Source: Carpediemonas membranifera BICM
Taxonomy: Eukaryota > Protista > Fornicata
Length of the DNA stretch: 64,000 nt
Reading direction: 5' to 3'
Assembly (NCBI GenBank): GCA_019828565.1
Contig: JAHDYR010000053.1
Span: 346,214-410,213 of the forward strand
This document shows positions 1 through 10,819 of the stretch, piece after piece (the stretch's first letter is position 1; each line of letters begins with the position of its first letter). The notes below the pieces were generated by a model, which did no database searches, was not told the DNA's origin, and saw nothing but the letters and a program-made list of their open reading frames with translations. A program made the position numbers and the translations under genes.

Positions 1-483
1 AAGGCTGAGGTCCGCGCTGATGCGGAGAGTATGCTCGAGGCCCGCACCAAGGAGGCTGGTGTCGCTGCTGTCCACGACGCACTCGCAGACGCGCCAAAGA
101 CCACACCGGCCGGGATGTTTATGACCCAGCTGGCCGCTGCCGTTGCCCACTGGGCGACGAACTCGGCCCGGATCAATATGGCGCTTTCAATGCTCCTCAC
201 AAACATCGTGACAAACCCACTATACACTGGTGCGGTCGACAACACCGGTGACGGTGACTCCATGTCAGTTTTCAATGCCCTGGGGCTCGCCAAGACCGAG
301 TGCCAGAGCTTGATCCCGACTGACCACGACGAGCAGCTTGAGGCGCTGGGGCGGGCCGCGGAAGGTGTGAGGGAGGTGCAGGGCGGGACTATTGACCCGC
401 TGACCAACTCGATCCTGCTCGACCTCACGGCGATTGAACTCGACGAGATTAGCAGCCTGTGCGCCAAGCTCCTGGCGGTGTGA
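1..483 (+). CDS. 3' end of a helical protein of unknown function (starts before the window)
   Basis: Frame open from position 1 to TGA 481-483; C-ending codon bias; GTAAAT at 502-507. Confidence 0.6.
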   Translation, partial: KAEVRADAESMLEARTKEAGVAAVHDALADAPKTTPAGMFMTQLAAAVAHWATNSARINMALSMLLTNIVTNPLYTGAVDNTGDGDSMSVFNALGLAKTECQSLIPTDHDEQLEALGRAAEGVREVQGGTIDPLTNSILLDLTAIELDEISSLCAKLLAV

Positions 484-776
484 AGGCGTGGGTAGCCATA
501 GGTAAATATCGTATAAATGCCGTAGGTAAATGGCTGGGCTTGGCTTGTGTGTCTATGGGTTTGAAGAGATACAATCATGCTCTTGGATGAACGCTCACAT
601 CTACTTTGTTTGCGTGAATACGACTTGAATTGGCATCAAGGCCGACTGTAACAGGTAGAGTAAATCGTTTGGACTGTGATCCAATCATGCTGATTTGGGA
701 TTTATGTGATCTCACGTAATTCGTCAGATTCATGTATCGCATCAGGCACACAGCATAGACAGCCCGTGTGGAGGTA

Positions 777-2524
777 ATGAACTTCACTCAGCGTTTGTTA
801 CACCTCCCTGAACCTATAATACAGTGCTTGAGCATCTCTTACGAGTTTCCAAGCTCACAGATGTCTTCTCCGTCATGTGGGAGTATCTTAACCATTCTGG
901 CGACCCAGTAATGATCGTATCTCAGCTTGTACTAATTGCCTTCGTTTTATGGGTACGTAGCACTACACTAAGCACCGTTACATAGGTTCTTTTCCGTTAC
1001 AACACGCCTAACAGCAAGCGTCCCAGAGAGGTTCGCCCCGCCGATTTCAGCGACAGGTTCGCCCAATTCATGACCTACCGCAAGCCCTTGGCCCCCAAGT
1101 CCCGCCAGATCACGCAGGACCGCTACACAATCGTCAAGCACGGTTCCTTGAACGACTCAACCCCCAGTGACAACCCCGTCGTCACCCGCGTCAAGGACGC
1201 CGCGGGCGACGTTGTTGACCTCACTGACTTCAGCACTACCGACTTCCTCCGCCTCTCTCGCAGTGTGGGCTCGCGCCAGGCTGCGGAGACCACGATTGCG
1301 TCCTACGGCGTCGGGTCCTGTGGCCCCAGAGGCTTCTACGGCACGATCACCCCCCACATGGACCTCGAGAACCACATTGGTGAGGTCATGCGCGGCCTGT
1401 ACAACGAGCTGATCGCCCTGTGCGGCAAGAAGTGGGCCCCCACCTCTGCCGAGTCCCACGCCGCCATTGCCTACTCCTTTGGCTACGCAACGGTCTCTTC
1501 CGTCATCAGCGCCTTCGTGAAGCACCAAGATTACGTCGTCTACGATGAGGCGGCCCCCTCCTCCATCCAGACTGGAGTGAACCTCTCCAAGTCAGCCCAT
1601 GCCTGCGCCTACGCCCATAATGTGCCCACTGGCGGCCACAGCAGCGGAAGGGTCGCCTCTTCCGTTGAATCTGCCATTGAGCGCCTCGAGGGCGCTGCTG
1701 CTCTTCAGACGAGAGACAAGCAGATCCGCCGCAAGTTCATCGTCATCGAGGGCATAAGCGCTCAGCGCGGCACCCTCGTAGACCTCCCCGCCGTCCTCGC
1801 TGTCGCCCGCAAGCACCACTGGCGCGTGCTCATCGATGATTCCTTCGCCATCGGCGTCCTCGGCGCCAAGGGCCGTGGTACGATCGAGCACTACGCCGAC
1901 CAGGGCCTGCTCTCGGACCCGGCGATGGTGGAGTTCATCAGAGACTACGTGATGGTGACGTTCACCTTCAGCAACGCCCTCGGCTCCATTGGCGGCGCGT
2001 GTTTCGGCACGAAAGAGTCCGCGGAGTTCCAGACTCTCAACGGCCTCGGCTACATCTTCTCTGCCTCTGCCCCGCCGTACCTCTGCACCGTTGCTTCCCA
2101 CTCCCTTCGTACGATCACGGACGAGTCCGAGGCCGACCTCGCGACTCTCAGAGAAAACGCAGTATATCTACAGGATAAGCTGGTCAACGCCGGTCTACCC
2201 GTTGTCTCATCCCGTATCAGCCCCATGAAGATCATCAAGATGGCCCACCCCGACGGCGAGCTGCCCGAAGGACTCCGCCGGGCGGACCAGCGGGCGATCT
2301 CCAAGTTCGACGACGTCCAGGCCAAATACGCGAACGTATGCCGTGTTCTCCGTGCCGAGAACGGCTTCCTCGTCGACCGCCCTGCCTTTAGCGAGCTGGA
2401 CGTGCTTCCTTCCCCGATCCAAGCTTCCCTGCGCGTTTCTGTGTCGAACAAGCACTCCCACAATGACATCGACCGCATGGTCCGCGTCCTTCGCACGGCC
2501 CTGGTCTCTGAGTTTCAGGGGTGA
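777..2524 (+). CDS. LCB1: Serine palmitoyltransferase subunit 1 (LCB1/SPTLC1); introns 793-824 and 953-985
   Basis: YGVGSCGPRGFYGT motif; the PLP-lysine position reads FSNALGSIGG (no Lys, LCB1-type); two GT-AG mini-introns add an N-terminal TM segment (MNFTQLL...LVLIAFVLWVLFRY) in frame with ORF 1070..2524. Confidence 0.9.
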
Positions 2525-2530
2525 GTAAAT
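2525..2530 (+). promoter_or_regulatory. Putative polyadenylation signal GTAAAT (representative copy)
   Basis: The same hexamer follows the stop codon of at least 13 genes in the window, strand-specifically. Confidence 0.7.
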
Positions 2531-2713
2531 TTCCTATCCTTTAGCCCGCTGGTATTCTTGAATGGTAGACGCTGGTGCCAGAGCCGCTTCAAAGAGAGAT
2601 GTGGCCAGTCGCGCTGGCAGCAATAAGGCGGTGTGCTTGCATCTCTCGGCACGCTGCAAGCACCAAGTCACCTGGTCGTGGATGACTCTACGACTTCGAC
2701 AAGGGCCCTTCAG

Positions 2714-3030
2714 ATGGGATTGTTCGATAAGGTCCTCCCGTCGCGCGTTGAGAAGGAACGTAGAGAGGTTGAGCGTCTATCTGCTGAGATGAAGCGGCAG
2801 TTCCTCCAGGAGTACGTTCAGACCGTCACTGACCGTGCTTTCTTGAAATACGTCGATTTGAGCACACCTACGCTTTCAAACAAAGAGAAGAGGCGTTTGT
2901 AGCGTGAATTTATCATTATATAGAGATCAAGAGCTTTGTAGAGCGCTTTACTGTTGGCTACACCACCATCATGCGAGAACGGGCTGGCATCTCCAGCCCC
3001 CTGGACTTCCTCGCTCCATTCGGGTTCTAA
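2714..3030 (+). CDS. Small Tim (Tim8/13-like) protein lacking cysteines; intron 2895-2923
   Basis: Spliced 95-aa product ...QEYVQTVTDRAFLKYVDLSTPTLSNKEKRQIKSFVERF... follows the TDxCFxKCV-x-LsxkExxCLxxCVeRF pattern with all four Cys replaced. Confidence 0.65.
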
Positions 3031-3140
3031 GGCAGTTGAGATGGACCATAGAGTTGTATCTACCCCTGTCGCCATGTATAAATGCACGAATCGTCGTCGT
3101 GCTCTTTTCTGGCAAAACGAGCAGATACGTCACAACTCTG

Positions 3141-4328
3141 ATGAGAACGAATGTGGTGGCTTTGTTTACCATTTCAATAGTGCTTCGAGTGCTATTCCTT
3201 GTCTTTGGCACACGTATCGATGGCTCCGACGGTGTGCAGTACACTGATATCGACTACCATGTCTTTTCTGACGCAGCACGGTATATTACCGAAGGAAAAT
3301 CGCCATTCGAGCGTACCACATATAGATACACTCCATTCTTGGCTCTCATGCTCGTCCCGAACATCAAGCAAGGGTATTGGTTCGGCAAGGCTCTATTCGC
3401 CACCACCGACATCCTCTGCGGTGCCGCTCTCCAGATTTCCACCCACTCAGTGATAGCAACGTCTATATGGCTCCTCAACCCGTTTGTATTCATCGTCTCG
3501 ACCCGCGGCAACGCTGATTCCCTCGTTGTCCTGTGCTCGCTCCTGGCCCTGACCTCAGCCTGCTCGTACCGGGATAACCACGGGAGAGCTTCTTTCTATG
3601 GGTCTGCTATTGCTCTAGGCGTTGCGGTGCACCTGAAGATGTATCCCGTGATCTATGCCCCGCTCCTCTACTTGTCCGTCGGCCCACATCGTCCGACCCT
3701 TCACCACCTACTCCGCAGACCCCTGCCCAACCGCGACCAGGTAGCATACACCCTCCTGTCCGGCGGCACATGTCTCGCCCTCCACGCCGCTGCCCTCGTG
3801 TGGTGTGGCCGGCCCTACTGGGAGGAATCTGTGGCGTACCACTTTATCAGGTCAGACCACAGACATAACCTGTCGCCGTGGTTCCTTCCACTGTACCACG
3901 CATACTCTACGGGCCCCTCGCTCCTCTCTACACTCGCCTTCCTCCCTCAGGCGGCCCTGCTCGTCGGCATCACTCTTCGCTACCGTAGTTTACCGTCGGT
4001 AGGGGCGTTCTTACTCACGCTGGCGTTTGTGGCGTTCAACAAGGTCAGCACAGCTCAGTATTTCGTCTGGTGGATTGCATTTGTCCCGTATGTCTACCTT
4101 CACTTGAAGAACTTCGCGGCCACTCTTCTCGCCTTCGGTCTGTGGGCACTAGTCTTCGTACGCTGGCTCCAAGTAGCAACCAGGCTCGAGTTCCACTCTG
4201 AGCCCGTCCTGGCTGAGGTCTGGGCCCACTCCCTGGCCCTGTTCGTGTGCTACGGTCTCATCGCGGCGGCAGTCATCTGGTCGGTCAGGACTAGAGCTGA
4301 GGCCGGGGTGGGTAACGGTGTGCCGTGA
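3141..4328 (+). CDS. PIGM: GPI mannosyltransferase I (PIG-M/Gpi14)
   Basis: YTDIDYHVFSDAA, SPFERTTYRYTP, STRGNADS, HLKMYPVIY, DHRHNLS and FNKVSTAQYF motifs; multiple TM segments. Confidence 0.93.
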   Translation: MRTNVVALFTISIVLRVLFLVFGTRIDGSDGVQYTDIDYHVFSDAARYITEGKSPFERTTYRYTPFLALMLVPNIKQGYWFGKALFATTDILCGAALQISTHSVIATSIWLLNPFVFIVSTRGNADSLVVLCSLLALTSACSYRDNHGRASFYGSAIALGVAVHLKMYPVIYAPLLYLSVGPHRPTLHHLLRRPLPNRDQVAYTLLSGGTCLALHAAALVWCGRPYWEESVAYHFIRSDHRHNLSPWFLPLYHAYSTGPSLLSTLAFLPQAALLVGITLRYRSLPSVGAFLLTLAFVAFNKVSTAQYFVWWIAFVPYVYLHLKNFAATLLAFGLWALVFVRWLQVATRLEFHSEPVLAEVWAHSLALFVCYGLIAAAVIWSVRTRAEAGVGNGVP

Positions 4329-4951
4329 CTATGGCTGCATGTTGTGAGCTCCAGTGGCTAATGCAGGTCACTTCGCGGTGGCAATAAAATGTGATAAAGT
4401 TGGTGTTCGCTTATCGGGACTGTGGAGGCTTGGGTGACGCTTGCCAGCAAGGCTGAGCCGCTTATGATGAGTCTCGTCGAGTCGAGCAATTTTGGACTGA
4501 GACCGCCGAGTTGCAGTGGTGTGAACGTGGTGAGGTTGCTAGTGTCAGGAAATGAACAAAAGAGTCTGATCTGACCCTTATTTCAGAGGCAAGAAACCAC
4601 TGTCATGGCACAAGAAGCTGGTCCGACAGGCGGACATTTCAATGAACTCGGGTGGCATTGAATCGAAGTGACAGTTGATGGTCTGAGACGTCCGGAATTT
4701 TCCAGGCCTGGCATAGTCACACCCAAGGGGCAGGATGATCAGCAAGGTATGCATTATTGACCTCAGGCCAGAGTCCCAGAGTCCCATCTCCGTCGACCAT
4801 GGAGTGGCCAATGATTGCTCGGTCGTCGGGCCCTTTCTGAGACATCCAAGGGTGGTCATCGCGCTGGCCGACATTGTATTTATGTGATTTACGCTTGCTT
4901 CACGTTAATCTTGCTGGAGACAAACAAGCAGACCAGCAAACACACGAATCA

Positions 4952-5479
4952 ATGAAGTTTGGAAGTAAGGGAAAGAAGAGCATAACGGCACTTGTTGTCG
5001 GTTTGGATAACAGCGGGAAATCTTCCATTGTGAACCAGTTCAAGCCGAAGAAAATGATGGTGAAGGAGATCACGCCAACGGTGGGCTTCAAGATCGAAGA
5101 ATTCAAGGCAGCAGGCACAAGCTGGAAAATGTATGATATGAGTGGCCAAGGACGCTACAGAAACCTTTGGAGCAAATTCTATCAAGAAATCGAAGCCGTG
5201 GTGTTCGTTGTGGACGCCTCAGACCGCCTCCGCATGGTTGTAGCCCGAGAGGAGCTCAAGACAGTCATCGAGTCGCCCGAGCTCTCCCGCGCGCCTGTGC
5301 TGGTCCTTCTCAACAAGACTGACGTCGCCGGCCACGAGGACAGCGCGACAGTCATGGACCTGCTCGAGCTCCCACAACTCCTCGCGAGCCACACATGGAC
5401 CATGATGTCGGCATCGGCTGTGAAGGACGAGGGGCTCGAGGACGCCCTCAGTTGGATCGTGTCGTCTGTACGCACTTAG
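4952..5479 (+). CDS. ARL6: Arf-like GTPase ARL6/BBS3
   Basis: GLDNSGKS, DMSGQGRYRNLW, SDRLRMVVAREEL and NKTD motifs. Confidence 0.9.
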   Translation: MKFGSKGKKSITALVVGLDNSGKSSIVNQFKPKKMMVKEITPTVGFKIEEFKAAGTSWKMYDMSGQGRYRNLWSKFYQEIEAVVFVVDASDRLRMVVAREELKTVIESPELSRAPVLVLLNKTDVAGHEDSATVMDLLELPQLLASHTWTMMSASAVKDEGLEDALSWIVSSVRT

Positions 5480-5743
5480 AGGCCCGCAGCTTGGTAAATA
5501 TTGCGCATTGGATGGTGTGCGTGGAAAGGGGTTTGTTTGTTTTTTATTGATTGGCTGGCCGGGAAACGTGGTTGAGTGAAGGTGATGTAGGTGAGGATTC
5601 ACCTGAACGAGAAAACTGCAGGCAGGAGAATTTGCGATGAAGGAGCAATATGCGCACAGCTAGTGTCCAACCATGTTGCCCGGTTGACTGCGGCACATTG
5701 ACGCTTTCATTTTCGAAAACCTGCGAAATCAAAGCTGCGAGAA

Positions 5744-8350
5744 ATGGGCGAACGAGTGTTCTTCCGGGTCCTAACGGACAGTGGAAAGAACTATCGCATC
5801 CTTATTTCCGAATCAGACATGCCAATCCTCCGTGTAAGCTCTATTAAGAAGAACCTCACGGCTACAACGTCAATCCCCGCCGTAGAGCAGGCCTTATACT
5901 TCCACGGCCGCGAGCTTCAGGACTACGAGACAGGAGAGGACATTGGCCTCCAGCCCGGTGCCCAACTAGTCATGCGCCGTTCCAATCCCACGGTCACCTC
6001 GCCACAAAACCAGTCCGGCCAATCTGTCTACTCCGCGCGGGACTTCGCCGAGTACCCGCCCAGTGAGGTCATCGGCATGGCCCAGTCGACCCACATGAGC
6101 ATGGCCGGCACGGATTACCGCACGCCAGTGAACCAACACGCCGCTCCACCCCGCCCTGCCCGGTCGGACGACGGCGTTCCTGTAGACAACACGGGAGGTC
6201 GACGGGGAATGTATGACGAGCGCTCTGTTGCGAGCGAGCGCCCTGCCGTGTCTGAGATGCGGGTTGACTACGCCCGGCCGGACCAGACCCAGACCCGGCC
6301 CGCTCCCGTGCCCACGCAGGCCGCAGCAAGCTTCAGCCAGTGGACAGGCACGAATGTAGCGACTATGGAATACGACTACGACGCAGGCCCGAGCCCAGAC
6401 CAGACCAGGGTCCCGCGTGAACGGTCGATGATCCCCGACCACCGGAGCAGCTTCGCCCGGCCTTGGCAGGGCCAGTGGGGCCAGCCCCAGGCCGACACCC
6501 AGCCCGTCGGGCAGGGCCAGCTCGTGACACAGCAGCAGGCGACCCGGGACGAGGACAGGGGCGCCGTGTCGGAGGCAGTCATGGCAGAGCTCGAGGACAC
6601 GAAGCGACGCATGGTGGCTGACCATGCAAGCATCCAAGCCGAGCGGAAAGCTCTCGAGGACATGCGGGTCGACTTTGCCAAGCGGTGGGAGATGGAACAG
6701 GAGAAGTGGACCGAGGCGAGGGTTGAGCTCGTCGAGTCGTACGAGAAGCAGCTCGATGACATGCGCCGGGTCTGCGAAGAAGCACGGCGCGAGGCAGACC
6801 GCGCGCGAGAGTCAGCAGCGTCTAGGCCGGCCAAGGTGGTGCGTGATGACTCGTGGAGGAAGGAGAAGGACGAGATCCTCAACACCTGGGGGAAGGAGAC
6901 CGAGAAGCTGACCAACGCGTACAACCACGAGAAGGCTGTGTGGGAGAGCGAGAAGGCAAAGCTCCAGCAGGCTCTACGGGCTGCCCAAGACGGCGTGGAG
7001 GAAGCCAAGACGCAGGCGGAGAAGGCACTGCGTCAGGAGATGGCGGGCGTCATGGACGAGCTCGAGACGGCGAACAACGAGGCGTTCTCCCTCGCCATAC
7101 AGCTCCGGGACGCCCGTGTCCGAGAGGACCAGCTGAAGAAGAGGATCAACGACCTCGCCACCCCCATGGGAACCGAGGCCGCCGAGTCACGCGTCGCTTC
7201 GGGCGAGTTGAGCAGACTCAGAGCTGAGCACGAAACCACCTTGCGCCAACTTCAGAAAGAGGCTCTCGCCCGTAGACAACTCCACAACACTCTCGAGGAC
7301 ATCCGCGGCGCCATCCGAGTCGTCGTCAGAGTCCGACCGACCCTGCCCGGCGAGGACTCGACCAACGCACTCAGACCGGACGCCCACCTCACCGTCGCTG
7401 AGGACAGGCTCACAGTTCACCTCAATCAGCATGAGGCTCGCGGTTTCGACTTTTACAGAGTGCTAGGCGAGGAGTCGACCCAGGAGGACACGTTTGCAGA
7501 GGTCGAGCCTCTCGTGCAGTCGACTGTCGACGGATATAATCTGTGTATCATATCTTACGGCCAGACTGGCTCGGGCAAGTACATTTACTTACTTACTTAC
7601 TTACTTAGGACATTTACGATCATAGGGGCGCCCGGTAAGGCTGACGGTGTTGTCCCACGTGCCATTAGGAGTCTATTCCACATGTTAGACAAGTTGTCAC
7701 GCGGTACGGGCCATGTTGCGGTCATATCTGTGGCCCTGGTCGAGCTGTATCTAGACAAGCTAACAGATTTGATCCCGGCCGACCGCCAGAGCCACGCGCC
7801 CCTCGCCATCCGTCAGGGTCGTGACGGCCAGCCCCGCGTGCAAGGTCTCGGTTGGCACACGGTGACAACTGCCGATGAAGCGATCGAGATGCTCATGGCT
7901 GGCCTCTCCCACCGCCATACCGCCCAGACGGCCATGAATGAGACGTCTTCCCGCTCCCACACTGTCTTTACGGTCAAGGTCCGGACCCGAAACATGCACT
8001 CGTCGACCACGACCGAGAGTAGGTTGACTTTTGCTGACCTGGCCGGAAGTGAGCGTGTGGCGAAGAGCCACTCGGCTGGGGATCGGTTGAGGGAGGCGCA
8101 GAGTATCAATACGTCACTGTCAGCGCTGGGAGACGTCGTTACTGCGCTTTGTGCCAAGAGATCGCACATCCCTTACCGCAACTCCAAACTGACCATGCTG
8201 CTCCAGCCGTCGCTCGGAGGCAACAGCAAGACTGTGCTTTTCGCCAATGTGAGCGGTGTCCCACAGCATGTGTCTGAAACGCAGAGCACGCTCTCGTTTG
8301 CTAGCAAGGTGAAGACCGTGAAGAATGTTGCGATTAAGAACCTCAAGTGA
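5744..8350 (+). CDS. C-terminal-motor kinesin (kinesin-14) with N-terminal ubiquitin-like domain; in-frame intron 7579-7608
   Basis: RRQLHNTLEDIRGAIRVVVRVRP neck; YGQTGSGK-TFT restored by splicing; SSRSH, DLAGSER, HIPYRNSKLT; central coiled coil. Confidence 0.9.
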   Translation: MGERVFFRVLTDSGKNYRILISESDMPILRVSSIKKNLTATTSIPAVEQALYFHGRELQDYETGEDIGLQPGAQLVMRRSNPTVTSPQNQSGQSVYSARDFAEYPPSEVIGMAQSTHMSMAGTDYRTPVNQHAAPPRPARSDDGVPVDNTGGRRGMYDERSVASERPAVSEMRVDYARPDQTQTRPAPVPTQAAASFSQWTGTNVATMEYDYDAGPSPDQTRVPRERSMIPDHRSSFARPWQGQWGQPQADTQPVGQGQLVTQQQATRDEDRGAVSEAVMAELEDTKRRMVADHASIQAERKALEDMRVDFAKRWEMEQEKWTEARVELVESYEKQLDDMRRVCEEARREADRARESAASRPAKVVRDDSWRKEKDEILNTWGKETEKLTNAYNHEKAVWESEKAKLQQALRAAQDGVEEAKTQAEKALRQEMAGVMDELETANNEAFSLAIQLRDARVREDQLKKRINDLATPMGTEAAESRVASGELSRLRAEHETTLRQLQKEALARRQLHNTLEDIRGAIRVVVRVRPTLPGEDSTNALRPDAHLTVAEDRLTVHLNQHEARGFDFYRVLGEESTQEDTFAEVEPLVQSTVDGYNLCIISYGQTGSGKYIYLLTYLLRTFTIIGAPGKADGVVPRAIRSLFHMLDKLSRGTGHVAVISVALVELYLDKLTDLIPADRQSHAPLAIRQGRDGQPRVQGLGWHTVTTADEAIEMLMAGLSHRHTAQTAMNETSSRSHTVFTVKVRTRNMHSSTTTESRLTFADLAGSERVAKSHSAGDRLREAQSINTSLSALGDVVTALCAKRSHIPYRNSKLTMLLQPSLGGNSKTVLFANVSGVPQHVSETQSTLSFASKVKTVKNVAIKNLK
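7579..7608 (+). other. 30-nt intron containing a (TTAC)n microsatellite
   Basis: GTACAT...TTAG interrupts the kinesin P-loop GSGK|T. Confidence 0.85.
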
Positions 8351-8454
8351 GGCTTGTAGAGTATAGTAGTGATTAAAGGCTTCCATGGTTTGGTACATGA
8401 CTCAAAATGTAACATGTAATTCGGGATTGGTTGGTTTGAACGAAAAGCGTTTGC

Positions 8455-8754
8455 ATGGGTCGCCGTTGTCCGGGTCTTCAGAAGCCTTCGAGTATTATCG
8501 CTGTAACCAAGCTCCGTGCTGTGAAGAAGAAGCGCCAGGAAAAGCGTAAGATGGCTGAGAAGAACGGCTCTGCGAAGCAACCTCTTGTCCAGAAGCCGAT
8601 CACCAAGAAGCAGCTGCGCAAGCAGGAGCACAGACGGAAAATGGCCAACAAGATTGAGAACAAGCCGATCGAGGACCAGTTCGAAGCCCTCATGGAGATC
8701 AGCGAGGAAACGACCCACAAGGGCGAGGACGCCGTCCAGGACGTCGAGGTGTGA
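8455..8754 (+). CDS. Small Lys-rich protein, unknown function
   Basis: 99-aa ORF with coding-like codon usage; GTAAAC downstream. Confidence 0.55.
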   Translation: MGRRCPGLQKPSSIIAVTKLRAVKKKRQEKRKMAEKNGSAKQPLVQKPITKKQLRKQEHRRKMANKIENKPIEDQFEALMEISEETTHKGEDAVQDVEV

Positions 8755-8904
8755 GCTGAGTAGTGCTTTAACCCATATTGCAGCTTGTGTAAACGTGCGG
8801 TTGTTTATGTCTCCATCGACCTACCGGGGGACGAGGCAACGAAAGGACGAAACCCAGCCTTCTGCCGAACCATACTACCGAATTTATCGAGAATATGAAT
8901 CCGT

Positions 8905-10722
8905 TTAAATCAACCGCTTCCTGTTTTTGGCCTTCTCCAGTTGTCTCAGTTTCTCCCGTTTCTGCTTCCTCGCCTCGCTTTTCTTGCTCCCGATTATTCG
9001 AACCACGGGAATAGTCGCACCCTTGTTCTTAGCGCTCTTCTCCGGCTTACCAGACTTCACCTTGGCCTTGTCGAAGCTCTTGGGCGTCACGGGGGCCTTC
9101 ATCCCGACCGTCTTGCCTCCAGCAAGAGGGTTTGGTCTGCCCGACATCGTCAGTGCCTCAAGCCCGTCAGAGTCTGACCCGCTCTCTGAGTTACTGTCGG
9201 AGTCATGGACGTCGACAGTCTTCGGGGCGGGTGTCTTGGGGGTTACGGGCTTGGCCTCGGGCTTGGGGGTCTGCTTCTCCGCCTGGCGCTCGGGCTTCTT
9301 GTTCGAGTCGCCCTTACCCTTGTCCATCTTCTCCTCCTTCTTCTCGACCACCTTCCCCTTCATCTCCTTCCGACTTCCCTCGAGTCGGTCCGCCACCTTC
9401 ATGAAGTCCGTCTCGACGTCCATGACCTCGGTCTCGTCAGACGCCGCCTCCAGCTCCGAGTCGAGCTCCAGGTCGGACTGGACCATCACACGAGGCCTGC
9501 GGGTCTTGGAGCGGACGTGGTCGTCGTTCTCATCGTACGCGATGAAGTCGGACGCGTCTGTCAGGGCGTCTTCGTCGTCGTCCTCGTCGTCCTCGAACCG
9601 GTCAAGCGTGTCAGCGTCGCTCGGCTCCTCGTCGCCGCGGACATCGTCCATGCCCAAGGCCATGGCCATACCAGCGCCACCGGCCCATCTAGGAACTTCT
9701 GGAGCCCTCCTGATATCGTCCTTGACCTCGTCCACCGTCATTTGCCTCAGCGCCGTCGCCCTTTCTCTCACACGGCACAGGAACTCAAGGGCGGGGTGGG
9801 TCGCCCCGGCCTTGCACTCAGCCTCGCTCGGGAGGAGGCTGAACATAGCCAGCTTCTTCCGATCGAGACCAGCCCGTTCGAATGCCCAGGACGAGGTCTT
9901 TTGTTGGGCAAGGAGCTTCTTCTCGGCGTAAAGGAGCATGTGACCTAGCATCTCAGCCTCTCTCCGCTGGGCCTGGGGAATGGGGCTCTTGGGAAAGAAC
10001 TCCTTTGCTGCTGCGTTCACGATACGCACCATGGAGTCAAAGAACTCAAACCAGTGGGGCATCTCGGTACAAGAGTCGGCCGCATCCTTGAGCAGCTTGC
10101 GGTGCTTCTCCAGCCAGTCCTGAGACCGCACGTGCTCCGCTGCCCGGCCCCGCATGACCCGCTCAGTGCACCCCGTGTGGACGAACTTGCACTGGACAAG
10201 GCCTCGGAGGCATTCGACGGAGTGCCGGTCGAGGTCGCGGCGGAGGACCATTTGGAGGCAGCCCTGGCACTTGATGGGCTCCGTCGGGCAGAGGTGTAGG
10301 TCAGTTGAACCGAGGAGGCACTCGTGGCAACGTTCGCAGAAGGTGGGCTTGAGGGGGCAGGACTGGATGTGGGCCTCGAGCTCGGAGGGAGTGCAGGTGT
10401 GGATGCAGCCGTCGTGGGGGCACTGGCGGAGAGTCTGGGGGCATTCGATCCTCAAGTGGCGCGCAAGGTGGCCTACGAGAAGCTTCTGCTGGCATTTGGA
10501 GCAGGAACCCTCAAGCAAGCTAACACACTCGTTCACTACATGGCCAGGAATAGCCGAGGTGATGTTCTCACGACATGCCGGGCAAGATTGCTGCGTTCTC
10601 TGGTGTTCGAGCAGGCAGGCACGGCAGAAAGTATGCCCGCATGGAACAATACTCACCGCGGAAGAGAAATGCTGGAGACAAATGCTGCAGCGCAAATGGT
10701 TCGGGACATCTGGGACCTCCAT
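8905..10722 (-). CDS. RING finger + TRAF-type zinc finger protein with acidic/Lys-rich tail
   Basis: CSIC...PCGHTFCRAC...CPAC RING; repeated CxHxGC...H..xC TRAF fingers. Confidence 0.85.
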   Translation of the reverse strand: MEVPDVPNHLRCSICLQHFSSAVSIVPCGHTFCRACLLEHQRTQQSCPACRENITSAIPGHVVNECVSLLEGSCSKCQQKLLVGHLARHLRIECPQTLRQCPHDGCIHTCTPSELEAHIQSCPLKPTFCERCHECLLGSTDLHLCPTEPIKCQGCLQMVLRRDLDRHSVECLRGLVQCKFVHTGCTERVMRGRAAEHVRSQDWLEKHRKLLKDAADSCTEMPHWFEFFDSMVRIVNAAAKEFFPKSPIPQAQRREAEMLGHMLLYAEKKLLAQQKTSSWAFERAGLDRKKLAMFSLLPSEAECKAGATHPALEFLCRVRERATALRQMTVDEVKDDIRRAPEVPRWAGGAGMAMALGMDDVRGDEEPSDADTLDRFEDDEDDDEDALTDASDFIAYDENDDHVRSKTRRPRVMVQSDLELDSELEAASDETEVMDVETDFMKVADRLEGSRKEMKGKVVEKKEEKMDKGKGDSNKKPERQAEKQTPKPEAKPVTPKTPAPKTVDVHDSDSNSESGSDSDGLEALTMSGRPNPLAGGKTVGMKAPVTPKSFDKAKVKSGKPEKSAKNKGATIPVVRIIGSKKSEARKQKREKLRQLEKAKNRKRLI

Positions 10723-10819
10723 GCTTTGAGAAATGATCCAATCAAATCACTCAGACTCTGGGCCATCAATCAAACAACCAATCGAATGGTGAGTTTAGTG
10801 AGACTATGGTACAAAATCA

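Noticed and set aside
2895-2923. Stop-codon reassignment (TAA/TAG=Gln as in hexamitid diplomonads)
   Set aside because: Premature stops are explained by mini-introns. RPS4 ends at TAA and ARL6 at TAG where expected.
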